From: Octopus sinensis
Lineage: Eukaryota
Direction of reading: 5' to 3'
Assembly (NCBI RefSeq): GCF_006345805.1
Contig: NW_021832969.1
Coordinates: 1-33,586, forward strand
Length of the DNA stretch: 33,586 nucleotides
Shown: positions 1-10,939 of the stretch, in pieces
How the letters are laid out: the number at the start of each line of letters is the position of its first letter
Numbering within the stretch: position 1 is the stretch's first letter
Program-made: the position numbers and the translations under genes
Notes under the pieces: generated by a model
What the model saw: the letters and a program-made list of their open reading frames with translations, nothing else
Told to the model about the DNA's origin: nothing
The model's database searches: none

Positions 1-850
1 GACAGCTCGCATTATCCAGTATTAAGACAATTTTTCTCTTTTCATTGATCATATCTTGATTTACTTTCCATAACCATTTCCCAAAAATATCACTAGTCAT
101 CCACGAATTTTTTGATGCAGCATATAGTACTCCGTGATCCTCAGCGTTAAAATTTTTTAAACACCTAGGAGATTTGAATTTTTCTTTTCTCCACTTATAG
201 TTTTAAATAGCAACTCGTGTCTTTTCTTGAACCGGTCTAGCCATCCATTTGATGCCTTAAATGATTCATAATTTATCTTTTTAGATAATTTTTTTGCAAT
301 CAGTTTTAAGATAGTTCCAGAAATTGGAAGAAATTCATCTCTCAGACGTAGAAAAGTTTCAAAAACTAATCTATCTATTCATTATTTGGATCATGTGATT
401 CCTTGATTCTATCGGATTCAGTTAATCCCGCGTCAAAATAATAAACAAAATTTTGTTTAATGCGAGAAATAGTACCTGTAATTAATAATTAGTTAAAAAA
501 GATACCTTTGCTCGTTTTATACTTTTTAGCAAGATCTCTTTCTGAAAATTGACCATGTTTTATATCTTTAGCGATTTTAATTTTTGTTTCATAATTAATC
601 TTTGAATTCTTTTTACGAACCATACTAAAGTCAAAATAAACACGTGAAATAATAGTATTAATTAATAATTAATAAATAAACTAACATTTTGTAATTAAAT
701 AAATTAATAAGTGCCCCAAACCGGGGTCATCAAAAATAAATAATAGAATGAAAAATTTACTGTTTTTAAAAACTGCCCCTAAAAGCGGGGGTGCCCCAAA
801 ACCCGAGGGTGCCCCACCCATGGGGTCTGCCCCAAACCGGGGTCGTACTG
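1..850 (-). mobile_element. pogo/Tigger-family DNA transposon, 5' part, internally deleted transposase with one 30-nt intron
   Basis: Minus-strand TIR CAGTACGACCCCGGTTTGGGGCA at 828-850 flanked by TA (851-852), with subterminal GTGCCCCAAA repeats at 711 and 791. ATG at 623 gives MVRKKNSK...KYKTSK|GTISRIK (GT-AG intron 476-505), then CENP-B-type FKASNGWLDRFKKRH joined directly to DDE_1-type KSPRCL...NSWMTSDIF...IVLILDNASC. The first catalytic D region is missing. Confidence 0.88.
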
Positions 851-919
851 TACTAACTTATATAAAATTTATGACGGGATACTAAAATTAAATATAATTA
901 AATCATTGGTGTTTAGAAT

Positions 920-1313
920 ATGAATTTTTTATGTTCTCGTATTGAAGATACAGATAATAAAGAAAATATTCCGCCAGAAAATTACAAATCAAATAAAAAA
1001 CATAAAAATGAACATTTCCAAAATAAAGAATTGGTTAGAAAATTATGTAAATAATTTTTAGAGCGAAATGGGTTCTGGATGGAATGTTCAGTGCCCACTC
1101 TGTAAATTGGTCAAATTTGTACATTATAAAAACAAAATGGTTAACTGCAGTTATTGCAAACACCGTTTCTGTAAATATTGCAAAATATCTACACATATGT
1201 ATTCAAAACCATGTTGGAATGCAGATTTAATATCGAAGGATTCTTATATGAGAGATCTTATTTTGCTACCAGAAAAAATACTAGAAAATAATTTATATCT
1301 AAAAACTTTATAA
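920..1313 (+). CDS. Small (121 aa) KEN-box + IBR/ZBR-type zinc-finger protein, 2 exons (920-1033, 1062-1313)
   Basis: ATG 920. A 28-nt GT-AG intron (1034-1061) joins in frame to ORF 1068-1313. N-terminal DNKENIPP; Cys pattern C-x2-C-x14-C-x2-C-x4-C-x2-C-x4-H-x5-C. Confidence 0.7.
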
Positions 1314-1420
1314 TTTTTCAAAAATCATATTTTTATTTCCTTTTTATCAATAGAATAATAATTAGTGGACAAAAAAAACATATTTATAGAGCTGATCGTT
1401 TTCACCTTGTTCTAATTTAT

Positions 1421-1844
1421 TATTATTATTATTTAAAGACCAAACACGGGCAAAGCCAGTTAATTATAGTTATTCCCGTGATCGCCGATCCAAACGAGGG
1501 AGATCCTTCTGAAAGGTTCAATCCTTCCCGCAAGATCGGCCTGAGACGACGATGTCCCAGGGTCTGAGGAGCTAAGAGTCCTTTTTTGGTCGCATTAATG
1601 CCTCCTGAGCGTTGCCATATCCGGAGGAATTTCCAACTGACATGGTGGACCCCGTAACGCCACGCTAAGCCCGGAAGGTAAGAGATCCCCATTTCCAACT
1701 GTGTCGTGCCAGAAGTACTCGTTGCCTCACGGGCAGGGGAACGATAACGAGAATTTGCCCCAGGATGAAAACTGGCCTCCTTCGGAATCGAACTCACGAC
1801 CGTCCAAATCCATTATCCATAGCTTAGTCTTCAGCCAAGGGGGC
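1421..1844 (-). mobile_element. tRNA-derived SINE (~420 bp) with (AAT)n tail and target-site duplication
   Basis: Minus-strand head GCCCCCTTGGCTGAAG...GAGTTCGATTCC...AGGAGGCCA with A box, B box and near-intact acceptor stem (1773-1844). GC-rich body, (AAT)n tail 1421-1433, flanking direct repeat tctaatttat (1411-1420) / tataatttat (1845-1854). Confidence 0.85.
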
Positions 1845-2419
1845 TATAATTTATAGGGTGATAATTAGAGGTCAGAAAACATATCCACTAATTGTTTTAT
1901 TTATTATCTACATTGGGCCTTATAATTAATAACTCATCAACGTGAATGCATTTCAAATATGTTAATGTCAAATAAAACATAAATTGACAAAGTAGTGTCA
2001 TTACCCTGCATTTAACATGTTGTTTTAGTGCTATCATTAATTGTTTTTTTACAATAAAATTAATATTTATTAGACCTTATTAAATTTATATTGACCTAGT
2101 TATGGTTTCATAAATAAATTATAAATATTGATGCATTAACAGAAATTTACTAAATATTACCAATTTATTTATAAAACACAAAGTCAAATAAGCTAGAATA
2201 TGTGAACATGTCAAATGATGTAGACATTCCAATGACTAAATTTATTACGTCCTATGAATCAACATCGGCATCAAAACTAACTATACACACCTTCAGCAAT
2301 TCAGCAATATTATACACACTTTCCAAGTTTTCATCACCGTCTGTCTCCGTTAAGTATTTTTCTCAATGGTGTTGTAGCCCGGGATTCCTCGATATCTCTG
2401 AAACGGACACCTACTGAAA

Positions 2420-2705
2420 ATATAATCTATCATCTCAAAATACTAGGCCCTAATGCTATCAAAACAATAGTCTCTATTCTGTTGCGAAATACGAAATACC
2501 ATCCCTCTGGAAGAAATCATGTATCATTCCATTGATCAAACCAAACAAACAGGGGCTGGCATTCCAAGTTCCTACCGCCCAATCTCTCTTCTGTGCACGC
2601 TAGCTAAAATCCTAGAAAGACTTGCTCGAATATCCAAACATTTGCCAACTTCCCATACTCAGCATGGTTTTAACCCACTGCACTCAACAACTACGTTCTC
2701 TCACT
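2420..2705 (+). pseudogene. LINE (APE-type non-LTR) reverse transcriptase N-terminal fragment
   Basis: Frameshifted peptide IPSLWKKSCIIPLIKP...SSYRPISLLCTLAKILERL...QHGF matches the LINE RT pre-domain/domain 1-2 motifs. Confidence 0.85.
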
Positions 2706-2989
2706 GACGTTAATCGAATATTTCAGGAATATTTGATAGCACACTTGTCCTGCATAGACTATTGTCGAAATCTGGTCCAGTGAGTTAGGTGGATTCTCGT
2801 TTATATAGGCAGCTACCCTTCTTCTATCTTTAGCATCAATAGAGGAGATAATTGCTTTCAACGCATTCAATTTTGAGTTCGTTCCCAGGTAAGGGGGACT
2901 TGAACTTTCATCAACAGAACGAGGCTGAACATCCTCCATGGCTGTTCTTTTTACAGTTTTAAATGATTACCATTAATCATACGGAATCA

Positions 2990-3339
2990 AATTTTGAGAT
3001 CTAGAAGTTGGGATAACATCTTTACAAAACTTTCAACAAATAAAGATCGAAAAAATGATGAAATATGACCTCCTATCCAAAGAGTTGGAATTAATCTATC
3101 ATGCGAAAATAGTACCCATTGTATTAACATGGGATGGGGTGGTTACTCAAAAATTTCTAAAATATGCACATTTTCTTAACATCAGGGAGAGAATGCACGC
3201 ATACATTCAATCACTCACTATAACGAAAACCCTTGAGATCATAATTTTTTCTTATAGAAACAGAATTGAACCCTGGGAAAGAACGCTTGAATTGGGCAAA
3301 AGAATAAGCGAGATTTATCACCAAATGAGTGTGTTTTAA
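2990..3339 (+). pseudogene. C-terminal restriction-like endonuclease (RLE) region of a non-LTR retrotransposon
   Basis: LEVGITS...EKMMKYDLLSKEL...IVPIVLTWDGVV matches the RLE E..K..KY..L..PIV..G pattern. A paralogous fragment lies at ~12150-12555. Confidence 0.75.
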
Positions 3340-3479
3340 TTGGTCCTCCACACGTGGCCAGCACGTGGCTCGGTAGCGTAGAAGGCCAGATACTGATGCA
3401 CACATATGTTTAACTCATCACTTGCGGAGTCTTTAGAGAGTACAGAGCTGAGATAGGAATTCACAAATGTGTCCTTGAT

Positions 3480-3710
3480 GATACTGAAATTACGGAATTG
3501 GAGTTAATCAGAATAGAATATGCTCGAACCCGTCCATAGGATAGAGCAGGTGCCTCATTTTAGATCCAAAGACCTGTACAAGGGGATTTTGTACATGTGA
3601 ACTTTCTTGAGGTTTGACTCGTTGATGACAATAATGTCTGGATGGTTGCTGTTTACCATCTCAACAAAGTCTCTTGGTAGTTAGGACATTCACAGTGATG
3701 ATAGGAGCTA
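3480..3710 (-). pseudogene. Possible APE endonuclease fragment of a LINE ORF2
   Basis: Minus-strand IITVNV...SNHPDIIVINESNL resembles the APE N-terminal xxNV and DIIxxxExxL motifs; stops and frameshifts present. Confidence 0.4.
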
Positions 3711-4351
3711 TGTTGCTGGCGTGCTCTTCTCAAATAAAAGCCATTGTATCATTTTAGGTTTTACACCTAGTTTTGTCAGGGCTCTTATACAACGTCAAAA
3801 GATATCTAAAAGGGATCGCTCGAGCTGTGCTTTGCTTTCGGAAGACTTTTATACATGTGTTTGTCCCACAGAGTAGGCACTGCATTTTTTCCCAAATCGG
3901 TTGCACCAAAAGCATCTTGCAGCAGGGGCTTGTACCACTCGTAACGGATAAGACTGAAGCCAGCTGCGAACCCGGCGCAAAAAATGGTGTTAGCCTCGGT
4001 TTTGGAGTCGAGCATCAACTTCCCAAAAGGAATGTCGGTTTTATACTGAGAGTATCTTTCGAACTTGAAGTCCGCCTCGAAAATTTCACGTAGATGAACG
4101 TCAAGATCTTTGTTCGAAATCCAGTGAGGGATCCTTTTTAAAATTTTCCTTATTTTAATTGGTCTGTTATTTCTACTTGAATAACTATTTTTACAAAATA
4201 AGAATAAACTTAAAGATAGAAATTGAAATGTGGGAATATTACAAAATCATTATGTCTTGTGATCTAATCAACATTAAATATTTTTCACATCAATATTTTT
4301 TCTATTTATAACAAAATTTCGTTGCATTAGACAAATTTTGACTCTAAATTA

Positions 4352-6138
4352 TGTCACAGTCCGAATAAAATACACGCCGAATAATTACATTCTTTAATTT
4401 TACTGAAATTAAAAATTTACACAACAAAATGTTTAATTATATTAAAAAATATGATTTTTAATGTAAAATTCATTAACCTTTTTACTAATTTATATAAACA
4501 AAACCAACCACACTCAATTTACGCAGTTAACTTATACGTTTGAATATTGTTATTCCATTTTAGGTTTCCTAATAAAATTTTCATATAAAATTTATCGTTA
4601 ATTTAAATAAAAAATTATTTTTATTATGGATTTATGAAAATTAATCAATTTTAGCTATTCGAGAAATATGAATTCCGTGTAACCGCTCACCGTCCTCCTT
4701 TTCGATAACATAGAGATCATTTCTTCGCTCGACAACAATATACTTATTAACATCAAGTCCATCGTACAGCGGATACTGCCGAACATTGGCATCGTTGTCC
4801 TGTCTAAAATTAATTTGACGCTTGAGACCTTAAAAGCACAGTCGTTCCGACATTGATATTTCTTCGTCGTATCTCCATTTTTTTTTCAATCATTTTTTCG
4901 CCAGCAATAATTAAGTTTTCTAATGCACTTTCTCGTGCCTCTGATAATCCAGTTGAATCATAGGCTAAAAGTTGCTCCATTCCCCCTTCATCAATCCTTC
5001 CAGGATTTTCAACACCCATGAATATATAAAAAGGGATTTTTTTTGTCGAAGAATGAATGCTGTTATTGTAATCATACACGATGTCCTTTATGCATTCGCG
5101 ATATCGTCCAAAACATTTTGAGAAGAACTTGCCGACGATATCCAGCGTTTTATGCTTTGATTAAATCTACAAATCGATTTAAATCATTAACTTTCGACTT
5201 GCCCTTGTACCCAAGGAGCACGAGGCCTCCCACGTACATGTTTTATACCATATTTCGTACATAGAGCATCCATTTGCGAATTGCAAAATTCCCTTCCATT
5301 ATCAGTGTGTAGAATAAGCGGAGGCCCGACATAATAAAAAATTCTTTGGAATAAATCTGCGATTTCTTCAGAAGATTTGGTCACCGACAGTTCAAGCATT
5401 ACATATTTGGAAAAAGAATCCACAATTACCAAAATCTATTTATTAACATTAAATTCATACCCAGCTAAAGCCATCATTCAACGCCGAATATCTTCTGAGG
5501 TCAATTAAATCCGCAATGTATCTGTCCCTACATCTCCTTGCAATGATTGGCGTAATCGGAGGCTTCGTAGACAATAATTTTTTCGACTAAGAATATTTAC
5601 TAAAAGGAGTTATTACCTGACAGAAAGCACAATTCGAAATCACCTTAGAGATTTCTTCTCTATTCAATCCATAATAGAGATTTCTTAATTTCGAAAAAAG
5701 CCGGTCTCTCCAAAGTGGTTATAGTTATGTTCCGCCTAAATTTTATTTATTAAGTTGGACCTCAACGCACTTAAGCTTTAATTCGATTTCATCTTCACAG
5801 AAAAAAACGCAATTTAAGCCCATTTTTCGAAAATATGTTTTTCCATTTTCAAAATGGAAATTCTTTCCCAATTTTGTGAGCCTGTATCGCTCATGCCGCT
5901 CGATTGACGATGTATCAAAGTTGGAGTCTTTCATTTCTTTGATTTTGTCCAGTGTTTCCTTAAATAATCTCACTACACGCATGTTCACGCTTTTTTAAAT
6001 AAAAAATAATAATGTGATTCTACTAAAATAAATAATCAATTATTGATTTTTTTCATACTAATTTTTAGATTTCTAATTTTTTCAGCCATTTGTGACAAGT
6101 GTAGATTATTCGGCGTGTATTTTATTCGGACTGTCACA
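4352..6138 (-). mobile_element. Complete Ginger-type (Gypsy-integrase-like) DNA transposon, 1787 bp
   Basis: 34-bp TIRs TGTCACAGTCCGAATAAAATACACGCCGAATAAT at 4352-4385 and, inverted with 1 mismatch, at 6105-6138. 5-bp TSD AATTA at 4347-4351 and 6139-6143. Encodes only an integrase: no LTR, RT or gag. Confidence 0.92.
4641..5982 (-). pseudogene. Ginger transposase (HHCC zinc finger + rve DDE integrase + C-terminal domain), 5 introns, three apparent 1-nt deletions
   Basis: ATG 5982, TAA 4641-4643. GT-AG introns at 5736-5760, 5587-5616, 5436-5460, 5167-5191 and 4804-4828. Motifs H-x3-H...CAFC, YIADLID, ILHTDNGREF, QGQVE. Frameshifts near 5708, 5192 and 5115; the last two are absent in the copy at 23585-23690. 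Confidence 0.9.
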
Positions 6139-6228
6139 AATTATAGCCTTCATTTTAAAACTTTCAAACAAGATACCAACAAAAATACATTAACAAACAT
6201 ACACCAAAATCAGAAAAACCGTTTCCTT

Positions 6229-6933
6229 ATGTAGTACAACTAAACTGAGATTTGATCGGAGAATCTCTGGTTATGTATTCTTCTGAATTTTAAAGCATTT
6301 ATGATATTTAATTAACAACGAAAATCGTTAAGTCCCAGCGGCAAGGACGCAGTGTGCGTTGCCCCGAACAATGGCCAGACCGATTCTTATAAATACATTA
6401 ATAAAAGTATTCTCCGTATAATAACAGGAACATTTCCAGAGCTTGGTTCGGCCTCCCCTTTTAGCTTTCTGTTTTGCACTTGCTTTACTTATTTCCGACA
6501 CAAGCAGTGACTTTATTTGAATCCGAGGGTTGTATAACTTTTGTTTAAAAACCCCGGACTACGACGAATACAATCTCATCAATGGTCAGAGAAATTTCGG
6601 AAATATTCGTGGAAACAACCACCGTCCTTCCAATCCCTTGCTTTGACTCTGAAATATTCCCCAAGTGGCGCGAATATTCTCTACTGTAAATTTAAAGGAA
6701 AAATCGAATAGAGTGGTAGACAGTCAATTTGGCCAACATTTGGTCAAAGTCTGTTCAATTCTTTTACAGGCTTCATTAATCTCTTTTTGGCCTGTTAGGA
6801 AGAGTAGAACATCGCCACTGGTCTCCTCACACATGTGGATCGAGATGACAAAATTAATCGCAAAATCCAAATAGTTAGACTCTGGCACAGGAGAATAATA
6901 CAATTTGACTAAAAACAATCTTCTTGGAATCAT
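6229..6933 (-). pseudogene. DHX15: Internal fragment of DEAH-box splicing helicase DHX15/PRP43, degenerate
   Basis: YYSPVPESNYL...IHMCEETSGDVLLFLTGQKEINEAC; GRTVVVSTNISEISLTIDEIVFVV; QKLYNPR...ISKASAKQKAKRGGRT; T*PEILRSNL. Stops, frameshifts and decayed motif VI; both ends missing. Confidence 0.88.
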
Positions 6934-7337
6934 TTGAATATTTTCTTTTCATTTTTATACTTTAATTTTGTTTATTTCAACAAATCTTGCTATCATTAAT
7001 CTAAATGACTTTATTTTTTAAAATCAGATAAAGGCTTTATTAACTAATTATTATCAAGAATATTTAATTTAGAACTTAAAGCCGTCACAAAAAGCTCCCT
7101 ATCTGACTAAACCGTATTACATTCAATTTTAAGAATCACATATTTGGTTAAAAATTGTGAGTTTATAAAATTTCCAACAAAAATTAAAATATTTCACTAC
7201 TTAATGGATACTTAGTTATTGGATTTGAGCTAATATAGTGAAAAATAAAATTAAGAGAAAATCCAATATGAGAACCACAATCTTTATGTGAAGTATCATT
7301 ACCAACGATTTTAACTATTTGATTTTTCTACTTATTG

Positions 7338-7610
7338 TAATTGGTCTGTTATTTCTACTTGAACAAATATTTATCACCAAATAAGAATAAACTTAGAAAT
7401 TGAAATGTGGCAATCTTACAAAATCATTTATGATCTAATCAACATTAAATATTTTTCACATTATTTAATAATTAATATTTTTTCCATTTATAACAAAATT
7501 TTTTTGCCCTTAACAAATTTCTACCCTAAATTCATTTACCAAACTTTCAAACAAGACACCAGCATAAATACATCAATAAATTTACACAAAAATCAGGAAA
7601 CATGTTTCTT
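7338..7610. repeat. Diverged ~270-bp duplicate of the sequence flanking the Ginger element (empty-site paralog)
   Basis: taattggtctgttatttctacttgaa...ctaaatt matches 4157-4350 and continues as aactttcaaacaaga...aaaatcag, matching 6159-6215. Confidence 0.85.
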
Positions 7611-7643
7611 AGAATAAACAAAACAGAATTAGAGTAGACACGA

Positions 7644-9336
7644 CTACTCCGTTTGGACATCAATGTGGGAGTATGAAGCAAAAAATGTCTAAAAGTACAA
7701 AAAAACAATAAACCTTCATAAACTGAGAATATTGGGATATATTCTCAGTCGCACATATTTCTCTAATCGAATGCATCGACAATTGTGGTATCCCTAAATC
7801 GACAGTCCTCAACCCTAGTCTAGTCGACATGACTGGGCCAATTGTACTCCCACAGGGCGAATCATTCCTCACCAAAATATCCTAAAATACATCAAAAATC
7901 ATACAGAAATGGGAACATTGGCAATATTACCAACTTCCTTAGCAACTGCCGCCGTAATGGCAGTGGTTGCGTAACTTTGGCAAGCATTATACTTGACAGT
8001 GACTCCCTATATACTTGATTACGTAATGTATTACAGCATTGAGATGTACTTGATGGAGAATCTCATGTTTTTCACTAGTATACTATATATAGATGTATTA
8101 CCTGTAGTTAGGATGTACCCCATGTACCATATCGGCACTAATTAGGAAGGAATTAGCTATAGTCTCCTCAAAACGTGACACACAATCAAATGAAGAACAA
8201 ATTCTGATCATAACTGACTGCATTAGTCGAGATTCCGCCCCCTGAGCAGAAGCAGAGCCAACCTAAGACAAAATACACACAAATCACAGACAACCTCTTC
8301 ATTGTCAAACAAGGCCACCATTCTAATAACGGAATCCTCTCCTAAACTGTCCAAAGATCCAATCAACCCCTAAATTTGAATAAAAACACATGTACCTCCA
8401 CACTGCTGTAACAGGAAGTCAGATTGTCAAGCCGAGGAGCAAATATAAACTCATTTCTTAACCCACCAGTGCGAGATGGCTGGGAATCTGAGAGCATCAA
8501 GTCTGTTGAGACAATCTGAGAGTTTTCCACGTTTAGTTGAGTGGCCAACAAATCTCTTAGAGGATCTTGGTCGTTGGCATGTGACTGCAAACCCAATAGT
8601 GGGATACTAATATATTTTATATAGATTTTGTTTACAAATTTGTCTCCTTGTTGAATTCAAGTTTATCGTTGGCAGTTCTGTCCAAGTGAATAGCTAAGGT
8701 AGGTATTCGAAGGAGAACATCTTTGATATCAACTAACCGGTGAACCAATTTATTATTTTCCTATATATATTTTTATATTTTATAAATTGATTGATTAATT
8801 AAATAACATACTAAAACTACTCTGTGATGTGGGGTAAAGTACCAATGTAAGTCACATGTAAAAACATACCCGAATAATGACTCTTCCAGCGATTTTAAGG
8901 TCTCTATCAAACCAAGTATGCCACAACCCTCCACCATAGCACTCACATCGGACAAGCTCACACCCACATGCAGTTGTTCTATAGTTGGGCTTAATCTTAC
9001 GAATAGTAAGAAATCAAGCAACTTTAATACAAGGACTGTCCGTGTGTGCTCCTACAATAGCAAAACCATTTCCGGGGACGTACTTCCCTCCGACAGCGAA
9101 TGCTATGATTGTTGAGAAATTGTTGATTATAAAGTACTGCAAAACATTATTTGATTTTGGCATTACTTTGCTTGAGGGGCTTAGTCTCCAAGAGGAGCGT
9201 TCTTTTAATTGTGTGAAGCCTGCTTGTAGGAGTAGGTTTTTAATTTGGTCCACCGCTATGGATTAGTATGGGTTGTAGAACCGTGATATGGAGAAGGAGA
9301 GTTGTCTATGAACGAGAGAAATCCAGGAATTGTCAT
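7644..9336 (-). CDS. DNPEP: Aspartyl aminopeptidase (peptidase M18), intact, 12 exons
   Basis: ATG 9336, TAG 7644-7646. Introns 9256-9281, 9137-9166, 8996-9022, 8761-8869, 8607-8635, 8370-8395, 8263-8294, 8075-8101, 8007-8034, 7882-7904, 7689-7713. Motifs [59 protein letters not shown] all in frame. Confidence 0.97.
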
Positions 9337-9740
9337 TGCACGTTTATATTAAGTGTATGTGAAATTTATTATACTATTTATATTGGGTTACCGATGTGTT
9401 GTAAAATAAAATAATTATTAAAAATAAATAAATTATAAAATGGATTAATTTTTACGATAAATAAATAAACCCACATTCTTTCCCTATCTTCACGAAAGTA
9501 TCAAGGCTGTCTCATTAATTTACAGACAACTTTATTAAAAGGATTAATTTAAGATTGTCAATTAAAAACTGATTAATCCGCTTGTTATCTCTTCTTTTTA
9601 ATAAAGATATTATTCTACATCCTCTGTCTCCAAATAATGACTCTTTTTTTGACTTTCCATATTATTTTCATACCAATGACTTGCTTCAGATCAGTCTTTA
9701 AAACACTTCTTCCTCTTTTATTAAAGAAAAGAAGACTTTT

Positions 9741-10505
9741 TTGAGATTTTTGGACTCGTGGACAGTTCTCTCCCCCGTAAGAGGAGTCTTCTGCCACAAA
9801 CCGTCAATACCTCTGTGGGAACTGTACGAATGTCTATTCCACGGTGGTTACTACGTGGACCGCGTTGGGAGTATTTTCGTGGATGACGCCCCAGGAAGAA
9901 AAAATGATTTCTCCTGCAGAGAACGGACAATTCGCCTACAATGTAGGCTGTGGTGCGATTTCTATCTTATATTAAGCTTTTTAAACTCCTGAGGAATTCT
10001 TTTTTAGCAAAGCGCCTCAGCCTTACCCATAGATGACACACGTCTCTGACTTTGACTGCGCTCTTGATGGAAACATCAACCCCAATCAGTCTTAAGTAGA
10101 GGATTGTGTTTGTCTGTGGGCCGCCCTGTTCTGGCAAGACTTGGTTGGCCACACGAATGGGTGCAGAAATAGCGGGAACAGTTGTCACACTTAACTCTCT
10201 GTCGAATGTTGAAGACTCGGATATATTTGGACAAATTGTGGTGGATGGGTTCCCGGGAACCAAGCGAGGTCGAAGGGATGTGATAAATAGTCTTGTCGAA
10301 CGTGGAACATATTTACTGTCATAACCTAACAGAGCCCGCATGTCTTGTTTTTGCAGTCACCCTCGAATTGGCTCGGCATTTAAATGCGGTGAGACACTTT
10401 TCGAGTGATGACGGTATTGATTTGATGTCCGAGGAAGAATTTGATGAGTTCTATGCCTGGTTTGAGTACCCCACGCTTGAGGATGGTTTTGTTCCTGTCA
10501 CATGA
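9741..10505 (+). pseudogene. Degenerate P-loop NTPase (AAA+, possibly midasin-like) fragment
   Basis: IVFVCGPPCSGKTWLA...VTLNSLSNVEDSDIFG contains a Walker A motif. In-frame stops lie immediately upstream and no Walker B was recognised. Confidence 0.45.
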
Positions 10506-10939
10506 ATTTGTCTAAGATTTTCAGTGGATAGCAAAAAATTGTTCGAATATTTTTACACTTTATGATTTGAAGATTTTTTGATGAATTTGTAGGCCTCGAT
10601 ACAAATCTGTCTGGTATTCTACACAAAATGACTTCCAAACACGTAACTCGAAATCGAAGGAATAATCATGTTTATTCTTATTTACACAACGTAAGAATCA
10701 ACATGAAATTTCTCAATCTGGTGGTTTCGTATCATGAATTCGTCAAAATGAAAGCTTCACTTTAAATTTTCTGTCAATTACCGACATGCAGTTGCTACTT
10801 TTGCATTTATTGGTGTATGGAATGTGCACGTTAATTTATTCAGGGATTAAATTTCGAGTCAAATTGATTTTTTTAGATATGATTTTAATCAAAAAGTGTC
10901 AATAAATATTTAATTAGCAGCAGAGGATAAGATGGAATT

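Noticed and set aside
1429-1797. 122-aa ORF
   Set aside because: Lies wholly within the GC-rich SINE body and has no recognisable domain.
1773-1844. Functional tRNA gene
   Set aside because: T-stem and anticodon arm do not pair properly; it is the head of a tailed, TSD-flanked SINE.
4352-6138. LTR retrotransposon or Polinton integrase
   Set aside because: No LTRs, RT, gag or PolB. Short TIRs, a TSD and introns indicate a cut-and-paste DNA element.
6310-6385. HDV-like ribozyme (GGGCAAC...GGGAC resemblance)
   Set aside because: Could not build the P1/P2/P3 nested pseudoknot or the L3 motif.
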